Assembly (NCBI GenBank): GCA_045604025.1
Contig: JAZUNG010000027.1
Span: 1-63,834 of the forward strand
Reading direction: 5' to 3'
Length of the DNA stretch: 63,834 bases
Origin: Lachnospiraceae bacterium
GTDB taxonomy: Bacteria > Bacillota > Clostridia > Lachnospirales > Lachnospiraceae
Positions 18,497-27,774 of this stretch are shown piece after piece. The notes beneath the pieces are model-generated. The model was not told the DNA's origin and made no database searches. It saw only the letters and a list, made by a program, of their open reading frames with translations. Numbering within the stretch: the first letter of the stretch is position 1; each line of letters starts with the position of its first letter. The translations under genes were made by a program, and so were the position numbers.

Positions 18497-21400
18497 ATGT
18501 TAGAAAGCATTTATCAGAAAATAGATATCATAGAGTCCGTAAAGAAGGATCTGAAGGCAGGTAAGAAGGTTCAGATCACCGGCTGCGTGCCCTCGCAGAT
18601 GGAGCATCTCCTGGTGGGAGTGACCGGAGAGTACGAGCAAAAGATCATCATAGCCATAGATGAGCAGAAGGCTATGGAGATCATGGAAAACTATCTGGCC
18701 TTCGACAGGGCTGTGGCATATTACCCGGCCCGAGACCCCATGTTCTACAAGGCGGATATCCGCGGCAATTATATATCCGGACAGCGCATAGATGTTACAA
18801 AGCGTATTTTCAACAATGAGAAGCTGACTGTCATTACATGCCCGGAGGCCTTTACCGACAAACTGATAGCCAGGGACGAGGTCCGTTCCCTGAATATAAC
18901 CATTCACAAAGGAGACCAGCTGGACGTTCAGGAGCTGGCAGGTCATCTGGTCGCTCTGGGCTATGAGAACGAGTCTCAGGTATCTGGACACGGAGAGTTC
19001 TCGATCCGTGGAAATATAGTTGACGTATTTCCTCATGCTGAGGAGGCGCCTTTCCGTATAGACCTGTGGGGAGACTCTGTGGAGACTATCAAGGTATTTG
19101 ACGCGGAGAGCCAGAGATCTATCGAAGAGGTGGAAGAATTCACCGTATTTGCAGGCGGTGACAAGGATACTATTGATGGCGGGCAGGTCAGCTTTCTGAG
19201 CTATTTTGACCCCGGAAAAACCGTGCTGATATTTAATGATCCCGGAAGGATCGCTGAGGCAGGAGGCCTGTTTGATCCGGAAGGATTCCCATGTATATTC
19301 CTGTCTCTGTTCGGAACTCCTTCGGGCAGTTACGATCAGGAGGAGAAGCTGGGTGTGTCGGAGAGTGTAGATGCCGAAACAGCCACTGATGAGGATGTAT
19401 ACAGCGTATCTGATGAGCTCCACGGTCACAGGATAGCCGAGGTGCATCTGAAGATAGATTCGACCTATCAGATAAACGCGAAGAACATCCCTTCATACAA
19501 CGGAAGGTTCTCAGAGCTGGCACAGGATATCATCGCTTACAGGAAGAACGGATGGAATGTAACTCTGTGCTGCGCCAGCCAGTCGAGGGCGGAACGCTTA
19601 AGGAGCGATCTGGCAGAAGAAAACGCGTCCGCAAACGTGATAATAGGCTCTGTAAGAGTCGGATTCGAATACCCCGATATCAAAGAGGTTCTGATCTCTG
19701 AGGTCGACATCTTCGGTCAGAGAAGAGCCAGGAAGAGAGCCAGAAAACGTTTTACCGGAGATCCGATCAAATCGTTTACTGACCTGAACATCGGAGACTA
19801 CGTGGTGCACGAGCAGCACGGCGTGGGAGTCTACTGCGGCATAGAAAGGATAGTTTCAAACGGTCTGGAGAAGGACTATATGAAGATCCAGTATGCGGGC
19901 AAGGCAAGCCTCTATGTTCTGGCCACACAGTTTGACAGGATTCAGAAGTATGCCGGAAGCGACAATGCTGCACCCAGGCTCAACAAGCTGGGCGGCAAGG
20001 AATGGGCCGGAACCAAGGCCCGGACCAGAAAGGCTGTGCAGGATATAGCAGAAGAGCTGGTCAGACTTTATGCGGCCCGTCAGGTGAAGAAAGGGTTTGT
20101 CTACAGCCCGGATACCGTATGGCAAAGAGAGTTCGAGGACCAGTTTGAGTTCGAAGAGACAGATGACCAGCTGAGGGCAGTAGCGGATGTGAAGTCCGAT
20201 ATGGAGCATGGCAAGGTCATGGACAGGCTGATCTGCGGCGACGTGGGATTCGGAAAGACCGAAGTGGCTATCCGTGGCGCATTTAAAGCCATCCAGGATG
20301 GAAAACAGGTAGCGTTCCTCGCGCCTACAACGATTCTGGTCAAGCAGCATTTCGACAATATAGTAAGCCGCATGGCCAACTATCCGGTAAATATCAGGAT
20401 GATGTCCAGATTTACCCCCGCCAAAGAGCAGCGGCAGACCATAGAAGACATGAAGAAGGGTATGGTTGATATTGTCGTGGGAACTCACAGGCTCCTGTCC
20501 AAAGACGTGGAGTTCAAGGATCTGGGGCTCCTGATCATAGATGAAGAGCAGCGCTTCGGCGTGGCTCACAAGGAGAAGATAAAAGAGCTCAGGAAGGATG
20601 TGGATGTACTTACCTTAAGCGCCACACCTATTCCCCGAACTCTGCATATGAGCCTGTCAGGCATACGTGATATGAGCCTGCTGACTGAGCCGCCGGTTGA
20701 CCGCATACCCATCCAGACGTATGTCATGGAGTATTCAGAAGATGCTGTCAGGGAGGCTATCCTCAGGGAGGCCGGAAGAGGCGGACAGGTGTACTATATC
20801 CACAACAGGATCGACTCCATAGAGGATGTCTGCTCACATATCCAGGCGCTGGTGCCTACTCTGCATGTGCAGTATGCCCATGGACGCATGTCATCGAGGG
20901 AGCTGGAGCAGATCATGACAGACTATGTCGCCGGTGATATAGACGTGCTGGTATCCACAACCATCGTTGAGTCAGGTCTGGATATCCCGAATGTCAATAC
21001 GATCATTATCCAGGATGCGGACAACTACGGTCTGTCACAGCTGTATCAGCTGAGGGGCCGCGTGGGAAGAGCAAACAGAATGGCATATGCTTTTCTCATG
21101 TACAGGCAGAATAAGATCCTGCGCGAGGAGGCAGAGCAGAGGCTCAAGGCTATCAGAGAGTTTTCGGAGCTGGGAGGCGGCATCAGGATCGCCATGAAGG
21201 ACCTGGAGATCAGAGGCGCCGGAAATGTGCTCGGAGCAGAGCAGTCCGGCCACATGGAGGCCGTAGGCTACGAGCTGTACTGCAAGATGCTGAATGAGGC
21301 GGTGGCACTCCTCAAGGGTGAGATCGTGGAGGAAGACTATGAGACCACGGTTGACCTGAAAGTGGACGGGTTCATTCCCTCTGAATATATCAAGAATGCT

Positions 21401-21823
21401 TATGAGAAGCTGAACATGTACAAGAAGATCTCGGTGATCCAGAATACGGAGGACGCTGAGGATGTGCGTGCGGAGCTGGAGGACAGGTTCGGGGAGATAC
21501 CCACTGTGACAGAGAACCTCCTGACCATAGCGCTGATCAAATCTGCGGCGCACAAAAGATATATAACTGAGATCTCGGGAGGAGCAGGGGAATACAGGAT
21601 CACGATGCTTCCCACCGCGCATATAGATACATACAAGATGCACGGATTCTTAAGCAAATATGCGGGAGAGATCAGATTTACAACTGACAAGAAGCCGTAT
21701 TTCACCTACAGGCCTAAGGATCCTTCCAGAACGCTGGAGCAGGAACAGAAGAATCTGATGCGTTTTTTCAAAATGCTGGATGAGATCATACAGAAAGAGA
21801 CTGCCGGAGAAGACCATGAATAA
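18497..21823 (+). CDS. mfd: transcription-repair coupling factor
   Basis: 1108 aa. CarD/TRCF domain ([12 protein letters not shown]), helicase motifs ([18 protein letters not shown]) and a TRG region. Confidence 0.95.
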   Translation: MLESIYQKIDIIESVKKDLKAGKKVQITGCVPSQMEHLLVGVTGEYEQKIIIAIDEQKAMEIMENYLAFDRAVAYYPARDPMFYKADIRGNYISGQRIDVTKRIFNNEKLTVITCPEAFTDKLIARDEVRSLNITIHKGDQLDVQELAGHLVALGYENESQVSGHGEFSIRGNIVDVFPHAEEAPFRIDLWGDSVETIKVFDAESQRSIEEVEEFTVFAGGDKDTIDGGQVSFLSYFDPGKTVLIFNDPGRIAEAGGLFDPEGFPCIFLSLFGTPSGSYDQEEKLGVSESVDAETATDEDVYSVSDELHGHRIAEVHLKIDSTYQINAKNIPSYNGRFSELAQDIIAYRKNGWNVTLCCASQSRAERLRSDLAEENASANVIIGSVRVGFEYPDIKEVLISEVDIFGQRRARKRARKRFTGDPIKSFTDLNIGDYVVHEQHGVGVYCGIERIVSNGLEKDYMKIQYAGKASLYVLATQFDRIQKYAGSDNAAPRLNKLGGKEWAGTKARTRKAVQDIAEELVRLYAARQVKKGFVYSPDTVWQREFEDQFEFEETDDQLRAVADVKSDMEHGKVMDRLICGDVGFGKTEVAIRGAFKAIQDGKQVAFLAPTTILVKQHFDNIVSRMANYPVNIRMMSRFTPAKEQRQTIEDMKKGMVDIVVGTHRLLSKDVEFKDLGLLIIDEEQRFGVAHKEKIKELRKDVDVLTLSATPIPRTLHMSLSGIRDMSLLTEPPVDRIPIQTYVMEYSEDAVREAILREAGRGGQVYYIHNRIDSIEDVCSHIQALVPTLHVQYAHGRMSSRELEQIMTDYVAGDIDVLVSTTIVESGLDIPNVNTIIIQDADNYGLSQLYQLRGRVGRANRMAYAFLMYRQNKILREEAEQRLKAIREFSELGGGIRIAMKDLEIRGAGNVLGAEQSGHMEAVGYELYCKMLNEAVALLKGEIVEEDYETTVDLKVDGFIPSEYIKNAYEKLNMYKKISVIQNTEDAEDVRAELEDRFGEIPTVTENLLTIALIKSAAHKRYITEISGGAGEYRITMLPTAHIDTYKMHGFLSKYAGEIRFTTDKKPYFTYRPKDPSRTLEQEQKNLMRFFKMLDEIIQKETAGEDHE

Positions 21824-22445
21824 AAAAGAAAGAGTAGAGAAGATACTGGAGCTGCTGGACGAGCATTACTCAGTTCAGAAGAAATGCTGGCTGGACTATG
21901 ACAACGCCTGGCATCTGCTCATAGCGACGATCCTGAGCGCACAGTGTACAGATGCCCGCGTGAATATCGTTACGAAGGATCTGTTCGTGAAGTACCCGGA
22001 TCTGGCCAGCTTCGCGGCAGCAGATCAAAAGGAGCTGGAGGAGGATATCCATTCCACAGGATTCTACCATAACAAGGCGAAGAATATCATCGGATGCGCC
22101 AGGGTGCTGCTGGATAAATATGACGGAAACGTGCCATCGGATATAGATGAGCTGACAGCTCTTCCCGGTGTGGGACGCAAGACCGCCAATGTGATCCGCG
22201 GAAATATCTACGATATCCCCAGCATTGTTGTAGATACTCATGTGGGCAGGATCTCACGCAAACTGGGTCTTACGAAAAATGAAGACCCTGAGAAGGTGGA
22301 GCATGATCTGGAGAAGGTTCTGCCGAAGGATCACTGGATACTGTGGAATATCCAGATCATCGCGCACGGAAGAAGCATCTGTATAGCCAGAAGGCCGAAA
22401 TGCAGCGAGTGCTTCCTGGCCGGGTACTGCCCCGGAAAAGAGTGA
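21816..22445 (+). CDS. nth: endonuclease III
   Basis: The [14 protein letters not shown] start overlaps the mfd stop. HhH-GPD (LPGVGRKTANV) and a C-terminal 4Fe-4S Cys cluster (CIARRPKCSECFLAGYC). Confidence 0.9.
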   Translation: MNKKERVEKILELLDEHYSVQKKCWLDYDNAWHLLIATILSAQCTDARVNIVTKDLFVKYPDLASFAAADQKELEEDIHSTGFYHNKAKNIIGCARVLLDKYDGNVPSDIDELTALPGVGRKTANVIRGNIYDIPSIVVDTHVGRISRKLGLTKNEDPEKVEHDLEKVLPKDHWILWNIQIIAHGRSICIARRPKCSECFLAGYCPGKE

Positions 22446-23014
22446 TGCGGACCATGTCAGACAGAGTCTTGATGAATATATATGTATGCGGTCCTGTAGG
22501 ATATGAGACCGCCAGGAAGCTATATACTCAGAATAAGGAAATGCTGGAGAGGAGATTTCCGCATTTCTTTCTTGAGCAGTTTGAGAGTATAGAAGGAGAT
22601 GTTCTGCAGCTGCGGACTGAGCCGGGAGGGGGCGTTTATGTGCGGGAGATCACAGAGGGCGGGCTGCTCCGGGCTCTGTGGGAAGCCGGTGAGGAGCTCT
22701 CAAGCGGTCTGCATATCGAACTGGAGAAGATCCCTGTTCGCCAGGAGATCACGGAGATCATGGAAGTATGCAAGGAAAGTCCGTATGAATGCACTTCCAC
22801 AGGGAGCTATGTGATAGCCGCCGGAGGACCTGAAGCTATCATAGATATATTTAAGAGGTCGGGATATGCACAGGACATACCGTTTGCCAGGATCGGAAGG
22901 ACTGCGGATACAGCTGCCCGAGTCGTCTGCTTCAGGGATATGGTCAGGTATCTGACTCCTCCGTCCAGACAGGATAAAGATATAAAGGACAGAAAGAATG
23001 CCGATCTGTATTAA
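22445..23014 (+). CDS. hypothetical protein resembling only the C-terminal domain of PurM/AIR-synthase-related proteins
   Basis: The ATG overlaps the nth TGA (gTGATG). REITEGGLLRALWEAGEELSSGLHIELEKIP...IGR resembles the PurM-family C-domain pattern, as I remember it. Confidence 0.4.
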   Translation: MRTMSDRVLMNIYVCGPVGYETARKLYTQNKEMLERRFPHFFLEQFESIEGDVLQLRTEPGGGVYVREITEGGLLRALWEAGEELSSGLHIELEKIPVRQEITEIMEVCKESPYECTSTGSYVIAAGGPEAIIDIFKRSGYAQDIPFARIGRTADTAARVVCFRDMVRYLTPPSRQDKDIKDRKNADLY

Positions 23015-23146
23015 AGCTGCGGATGTATTTTCAAAGAACACGGAAACAGGATAATACGTATTGTTAGCGCAGAGATAGTGTGATATAATTCTTGTTTAGA
23101 TTGTACGGATATTAGTACAAAAATATTCATTCAGGAGGATTTCAAG

Positions 23147-23629
23147 ATGAGAGAAGAATTATTGCGGCTGATCGAACATAACAGCAGGATAGAGTTGCCT
23201 GAACTGGCGGTACTGCTCGGAGTGAGCGAGGCGGAAGTCGCGAATGAGATCGCTGATCTGGAATCCAGCGGTATCATCAGCGGATATTATACACTGATCG
23301 ACTGGGATGACACGGACGAGGAGAAGATCGACGCTATCATCGAGGTCAGGGCAAATACAGAGCGCGAAGTAGGATTTGACACCATAGCTGAGAAGATCTA
23401 CAGATTTGACGAGGTCAAGAGCTGCTACCTGGTATCGGGGGCATTTGACTTCATGCTGATCCTGGAGGGCAAGACCATGCGCCAGGTGGCCAATTTTGTA
23501 GCCAGCAAGCTTTCACCTATCCAGTACATCACAGGTACTGCCACCCACTTCATCATGAAGAGATACAAGGATTACGGAACCATCCTGGGTGAGAAGAAAA
23601 AAGATGAGAGAGAGAAGGTGTCATTTTGA
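23147..23629 (+). CDS. Lrp/AsnC family transcriptional regulator
   Basis: 160 aa with an N-terminal HTH (LAVLLGVSEAEVANEIADLESSGII) and an AsnC-type ligand domain. Confidence 0.85.
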   Translation: MREELLRLIEHNSRIELPELAVLLGVSEAEVANEIADLESSGIISGYYTLIDWDDTDEEKIDAIIEVRANTEREVGFDTIAEKIYRFDEVKSCYLVSGAFDFMLILEGKTMRQVANFVASKLSPIQYITGTATHFIMKRYKDYGTILGEKKKDEREKVSF

Positions 23630-24798
23630 GGAATCCCGTTTCAAAAGTTGCTGAGAATATGCAGCCGTCCGGCATCAGAAAGTTCTTTGATGTGGTTGCT
23701 GAGATGCCGGATGCCATATCGCTGGGCGTAGGCGAGCCAGACTTCGACACGCCCTGGCATATCCGCGAGGCCGGTATATATTCTCTGGAAAAGGGCAGAA
23801 CATTCTATACTTCCAATTCGGGCCTGATGGCTCTGAGGGAAGAGGTTTCAAAATATTACGAGAGAAAGCACGGCCTGAGTTATGACCCCAGAAATGAGGT
23901 GTTCATTACAGTGGGCGGCAGCGAGGCTATAGATATGGCTATCAGAGCCATGGTCGATCCGGGCGACGAGATCATCATCCCTGAGCCCTGCTATGTATCC
24001 TATGTGCCTTGCGCGCAGCTGGCAGGTGCGGTGCCCGTAACCATTGATCTGAAAGAGGAAAATGAATTCCGTCTGACTGCCGATGAACTGCGCGCAGCCA
24101 TCACACCGAAAACAAAGATCCTGATGCTGGCCTTCCCGAACAATCCGACCGGCGCCATCATGGAGAAGAAGGACCTCGAGGTTATCGCCGAGATCATTCT
24201 TGAAAATGACCTGTATGTCATCTCGGACGAGATCTACGGCGAACTGACATATCTGGGTGAGCATACGACCATTGCGTCTCTTCCCGGCATGCGTGACAGG
24301 ACCATAGTGATCAACGGGTTTTCCAAGGCCTATGCAATGACAGGCTGGAGACTGGGATTCGTCACAGGACCGAAGCTGATCCTGTCGCAGATGCTCAAGC
24401 TCCATCAGTATGCGATCATGTGCGCTCCGACCACCAGCCAGTATGCGGGCGTCGAGGCGCTGAGAAACGGCGATGATGATATCGCCCGCATGCGTGAGTC
24501 ATACAATCAGAGAAGACGTTATCTGGTCAAGGAACTGAACGATATGGGACTCCATTGCTTTGAGCCTTTCGGAGCATTCTATGTATTCCCTTCGATCAAA
24601 CATCTGGGCATTACCTCAGATGAGTTCGCTACCAGACTGCTCGAAGAGGAGAAGCTGGCAGTGGTTCCGGGCACGGCATTCGGAAACTGCGGCGAAGGCT
24701 TCTTAAGGATATCCTATGCATACTCGCTGGATGAGCTGAAGGAAGCACTCAGCAGGATCAGAAGATTCGTAGAAAGACTGGAAGTTGTCGGAAACTGA
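23626..24798 (+). CDS. class I/II PLP-dependent aminotransferase (aspartate/aromatic type)
   Basis: MQPSGIRKFFD..., SFSKAYAMTGWRLG (PLP lysine) and the NPTG motif. The TTG start at 23626 overlaps the Lrp stop. An ATG at 23659 is an alternative start. Confidence 0.85.
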   Translation: MRNPVSKVAENMQPSGIRKFFDVVAEMPDAISLGVGEPDFDTPWHIREAGIYSLEKGRTFYTSNSGLMALREEVSKYYERKHGLSYDPRNEVFITVGGSEAIDMAIRAMVDPGDEIIIPEPCYVSYVPCAQLAGAVPVTIDLKEENEFRLTADELRAAITPKTKILMLAFPNNPTGAIMEKKDLEVIAEIILENDLYVISDEIYGELTYLGEHTTIASLPGMRDRTIVINGFSKAYAMTGWRLGFVTGPKLILSQMLKLHQYAIMCAPTTSQYAGVEALRNGDDDIARMRESYNQRRRYLVKELNDMGLHCFEPFGAFYVFPSIKHLGITSDEFATRLLEEEKLAVVPGTAFGNCGEGFLRISYAYSLDELKEALSRIRRFVERLEVVGN

Positions 24799-25520
24799 TG
24801 TTCAATATAGTGCTGCTTGAGCCGGAAATACCGGCAAATACAGGAAATATAGGGCGGACCTGTCTGGTGACAGGCTCCCGCCTTCATTTAATTGAGCCCA
24901 TGGGCTTTATCATCAACGATAAAAATCTTAAGCGTGCCGGCATGGACTACTGGCACGATCTTGACGTCACGGCCTATGATTCACTGGAGGACTTCGTCAG
25001 GCAGAATCTGGAGGTAATTGATTTCCCGGAGGGCATGCTGGAAATGCTGCACATCACCCGCGGGTCGCAGGCTGCAGGTGGTCCCGGTTGCACCGACAAG
25101 GAGGGGTGTACAATCGGGAATGCTTCGCGGGGAGATGGTACTGAGACACAAACTCTGCAGGACATGCAGGAAACTGCAACGTCCAGACAGGATCAGGAGG
25201 GATCAGTATGTGACGGGATTCCGAGATCAACTTCTGCTGGCAAAGCCCGGCTGTGGTTTGCGACCACCAAGGCCAGGCAGGTCCACTCAGATGCGCATTT
25301 TCAGGACGGAGATTTCATCATGTTCGGCAAAGAAAGCGCAGGCATACCTGAGGAAATACTGATGACTGACAGGAAGAGCTGCATCCGTATCCCGATGGCG
25401 CATGAGCAGAGAAGCCTGAACCTGTCCAATTCAGCTGCCATAGTTCTCTATGAGGCACTCCGCCAAAACACCTATCTGGATCTGGAAACCGAAGGACAGC
25501 TTCATAATCATATCTGGTAA
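24798..25520 (+). CDS. trmL: tRNA (cytidine/uridine-2'-O)-methyltransferase TrmL (SpoU family) with an internal insertion of about 75 aa
   Basis: The N-terminus IVLLEPEIPANTGNIGRTC and C-terminus IPM...RSLNLSNSAAIVLYEALRQ are typical TrmL. Residues about 71-149 are low-complexity extra sequence. Confidence 0.8.
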   Translation: MFNIVLLEPEIPANTGNIGRTCLVTGSRLHLIEPMGFIINDKNLKRAGMDYWHDLDVTAYDSLEDFVRQNLEVIDFPEGMLEMLHITRGSQAAGGPGCTDKEGCTIGNASRGDGTETQTLQDMQETATSRQDQEGSVCDGIPRSTSAGKARLWFATTKARQVHSDAHFQDGDFIMFGKESAGIPEEILMTDRKSCIRIPMAHEQRSLNLSNSAAIVLYEALRQNTYLDLETEGQLHNHIW

Positions 25521-25547
25521 TATCCACCACATTTTACGAAACACATT

Positions 25548-25736
25548 GGGCCTGAATCCTGAATTTCTGAATTCAAGCCCGGTCTGAGAGGCTATAGCGC
25601 TGAGAAAGCAGGGCCTGAATCCTGAATTTCTGAATTCAAGCCCGGCCTGAGAGGCTACAGCGCTGAGAAAACAGGGCTTAAACTCTGGATTCCTGAATTT
25701 AAGCCCTGCCTGAGAAGCTATGGCCTTGTCTGACGA
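25548..25736. repeat. tandem repeat, 3 x 63 bp, each unit containing a hairpin
   Basis: Units start at 25548, 25611 and 25674. Unit consensus: GGGCCTGAATCCTGAATTTCTGAATTCAAGCCCGGYCTGAGAGGCTAYAGCGCTGAGAAARCA. The third unit is diverged but keeps its stem through compensatory changes. Confidence 0.85.
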
Positions 25737-25898
25737 CAGATCCGAGTGACTGGGGGGGCAGATTGCCATGAAAATTGATTCTTTCCTGTATCGGAAGGAT
25801 GAGGCTTCCATTTTTTGAGAATTCATCCCTTATTTTTAGCCTTTTTCAGGCCAAATGCGGGTCTAAAATGGGATGAATATGCGCAAAACATAAAATAA

Positions 25899-25951
25899 TT
25901 ATCGTAAAACGATAAATAATTGTTGACGCGCGGCATGTGACTGTATATAAT
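25899..25951 (+). promoter_or_regulatory. promoter with an upstream inverted-repeat operator for the DUF2975-XRE operon
   Basis: TTATCGT-AAA-ACGATAA (25899-25915), then TTGACG (25923-25928), 17-nt spacer, TATAAT (25946-25951). Confidence 0.6.
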
Positions 25952-25998
25952 GCTCTTGATACATGACATGTTTCAGTTTATATACAGGAGGTATGATA

Positions 25999-26481
25999 AT
26001 GACTCAGAAGGCTTTATCCAAATGGCTCAAGATGGCCATAATTGCAGTAGGTGTATTCGGGTTATTCTTATATGTATTTCTGATCCCGTATTATGGATAT
26101 TTTCTGGCATATGTAGAGTATCCTGAATTCTCGTATTTCTATGTTCCATGGCTGGTGTTCCTCAGCGTTTCGGGACTGCCGTGCTACGCAGTGCTGGTCC
26201 TGGGCTGGCTGATCTCATCAAATATCGGCAGGGACAGATCATTTTCCGAAGCAAACTCTAAATATCTGAAATGGATAGCGATCCTGGCCGGCGCAGACTC
26301 GATCTACTTCTTCATTGGTGACGTGGGTCTGTGGTTTGCAGGTATGAATCACCCCGGAGTAGCCCTTTTTCTGTTGAGCGTGGAGCTGATCGGTATCCCG
26401 GTAACGATCGCGGCAGCGGTACTGTCGCATCTGGTGCACAGGGCAGCAGTTCTTCAGGAACAGAACGATCTGACGATATAG
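25999..26481 (+). CDS. DUF2975-like multi-pass membrane protein
   Basis: Four predicted TM helices. It sits immediately upstream of a YozG-type HTH gene, which is the usual pairing. The start at 25999 is 7 nt after AGGAGG. Confidence 0.65.
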   Translation: MTQKALSKWLKMAIIAVGVFGLFLYVFLIPYYGYFLAYVEYPEFSYFYVPWLVFLSVSGLPCYAVLVLGWLISSNIGRDRSFSEANSKYLKWIAILAGADSIYFFIGDVGLWFAGMNHPGVALFLLSVELIGIPVTIAAAVLSHLVHRAAVLQEQNDLTI

Positions 26482-26490
26482 GAGGCAGTT

Positions 26491-26700
26491 ATGGAAGGAG
26501 AGATCATTTTCAATATTGACGTCATGCTCGCTAAAAGAAAAATGAGCGTTACGGAACTCGCTGACAGGGTCGGCATAACCCTGGCCAATATGTCCATCCT
26601 GAAGACCGGCAAAGCGAAGGCGATCAAGGTTCAAACGCTGGCAAAACTGTGCCAGGCACTGGATTGTCAGCCCGGCGACATACTCGAGTACAGACCTTAA
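26491..26700 (+). CDS. XRE/Cro-C1 family HTH regulator (YozG-like)
   Basis: 69 aa: NIDVMLAKRKMSVTELADRVGITLANMSILKTGKAKAIKVQTLAKLCQALDCQPGDILEY. Confidence 0.85.
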   Translation: MEGEIIFNIDVMLAKRKMSVTELADRVGITLANMSILKTGKAKAIKVQTLAKLCQALDCQPGDILEYRP

Positions 26701-26828
26701 AAATCCTTTATTTTTAGGCTATTTTCGTGATTTTCGTTGACAAAGACGAGCGAATGGTCTATAACTATCTGTGGGTTCTCCTTAAAAAGGGGAAGATGAT
26801 ATTTTTTTATTTATTTAGGAGGATTAAA

Positions 26829-27101
26829 ATGAATAAGGTTGAGTTGATCGCTGAGATCGCCGAGAAGGCCGACATTAGCAAGAAGGACGCTGCAGCAGCT
26901 CTTAAGGCTTTTACTGACACAGTTGAGGCTGAGCTTAAGAAGGGTGGAAAGGTTCAGTTAGTTGGATTTGGTACTTTCGAAGTTACCAAGAGAGCAGCTC
27001 GTACAGGAAGAAACCCTCAGAGCGGAGCTACTATGAAGATTAAGGCTTCCAAGTCACCTAAGTTTAAGGCTGGAAAGGCTTTCAAGGACGCTCTTAACTA
27101 A
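26829..27101 (+). CDS. hup: DNA-binding protein HU
   Basis: [28 protein letters not shown]...[22 protein letters not shown] promoter (TTGACA, 17-nt spacer, TATAAC) lies upstream. Confidence 0.95.
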   Translation: MNKVELIAEIAEKADISKKDAAAALKAFTDTVEAELKKGGKVQLVGFGTFEVTKRAARTGRNPQSGATMKIKASKSPKFKAGKAFKDALN

Positions 27102-27121
27102 TTTATAGACATTAAGATCCA

Positions 27122-27156
27122 ACTGCCGTACGCAAGCCGCGTACGGCAGTCTTTTT
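27122..27156 (+). terminator. hup intrinsic terminator
   Basis: ACTGCCGTACGC-aagcc-GCGTACGGCAGT followed by CTTTTT. Confidence 0.85.
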
Positions 27157-27247
27157 ATGCCCGCAAAACAACACAAAATGTCAAACAAGTACTTTAAATA
27201 TTCACAATTATTTCTTATAATATCTAAAACACAAGAAGCAGAGTTTT

Positions 27248-27487
27248 ATGAGGATCGATAAGTATTTAAAAGTTTCCAGACTGATCAAGAGAAGGACCGT
27301 GGCCAATGAGGCGGCAGGCGCAGGCAGGATCATTGTAAATGACAGGCCTGTGAAGCCTTCGTATGACGTGAAGGTCGGGGATATCATAGAGATCGCTTTC
27401 GGCACGAGGACTGTTCGTGCCCGAGTGACGAGCCTTGCAGAATCGGCCCGAAAAGAAGAAGCAGGAGAGATGTACGAACTGCTGTGA
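27248..27487 (+). CDS. RNA-binding S4-domain protein (YabO/Hsp15-like)
   Basis: MRIDKYLKVSRLIKRRTVANEAAGAGRIIVNDRPVKPS. Confidence 0.85.
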   Translation: MRIDKYLKVSRLIKRRTVANEAAGAGRIIVNDRPVKPSYDVKVGDIIEIAFGTRTVRARVTSLAESARKEEAGEMYELL

Positions 27488-27774
27488 GATTTTCAAGGAA
27501 CCAGAAAAGACTGATATTACGTATTCTGATAGCCGCTGCGGTTATCCTTTTTTGTGCTATCATGCTGGTTCAGATCGTCAAGGTCAATCATAAAAATGCA
27601 GAACTGAAGATCCGCAAGGAGCGCCTGGAGCAGCTGATCGAAGACGAGAAGCTCAGGCGTCAGGATCTGGAAGACGAAGCGGTCTACGTCAAGACAAGAA
27701 AATATATAGAAGAGAAGGCAAAATCCATCGGATACGTGTATCCGGATGAGATCATATTCCGTGAAGATGACTAA
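27484..27774 (+). CDS. divIC: septum formation initiator family protein (DivIC/FtsB)
   Basis: The GTG start overlaps the yabO stop (GTGA). One TM helix followed by a coiled coil (LKIRKERLEQLIEDEKLRRQDLEDE). Confidence 0.75.
   Translation: MRFSRNQKRLILRILIAAAVILFCAIMLVQIVKVNHKNAELKIRKERLEQLIEDEKLRRQDLEDEAVYVKTRKYIEEKAKSIGYVYPDEIIFREDD

Noticed and set aside
25548-25736. The possibility that the repeats form a CRISPR array.
   Set aside because: The units are directly contiguous with no unique spacers, there are only three copies, and there are no cas genes in the window.
25431-25826. A minus-strand 131-aa ORF that translates the 63-bp tandem repeats into 21-aa repeats.
   Set aside because: It overlaps the 3' end of trmL on the opposite strand and has no RBS. 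The compensatory substitutions preserve a nucleic-acid stem rather than protein sequence. I treat it as non-coding.
25823-26730. Similar AT-rich motifs flanking the DUF2975-XRE pair as possible att-like direct repeats (CCCTTATTTTTAGCCTTTTTC at about 25827 and CCTTTATTTTTAGGCTATTTTC at about 26704).
   Set aside because: Only about 20 of 26 positions match, in low-complexity T-rich sequence. There is no recombinase, and the DUF2975/YozG pair is a common chromosomal module. This is indistinguishable from chance by eye.
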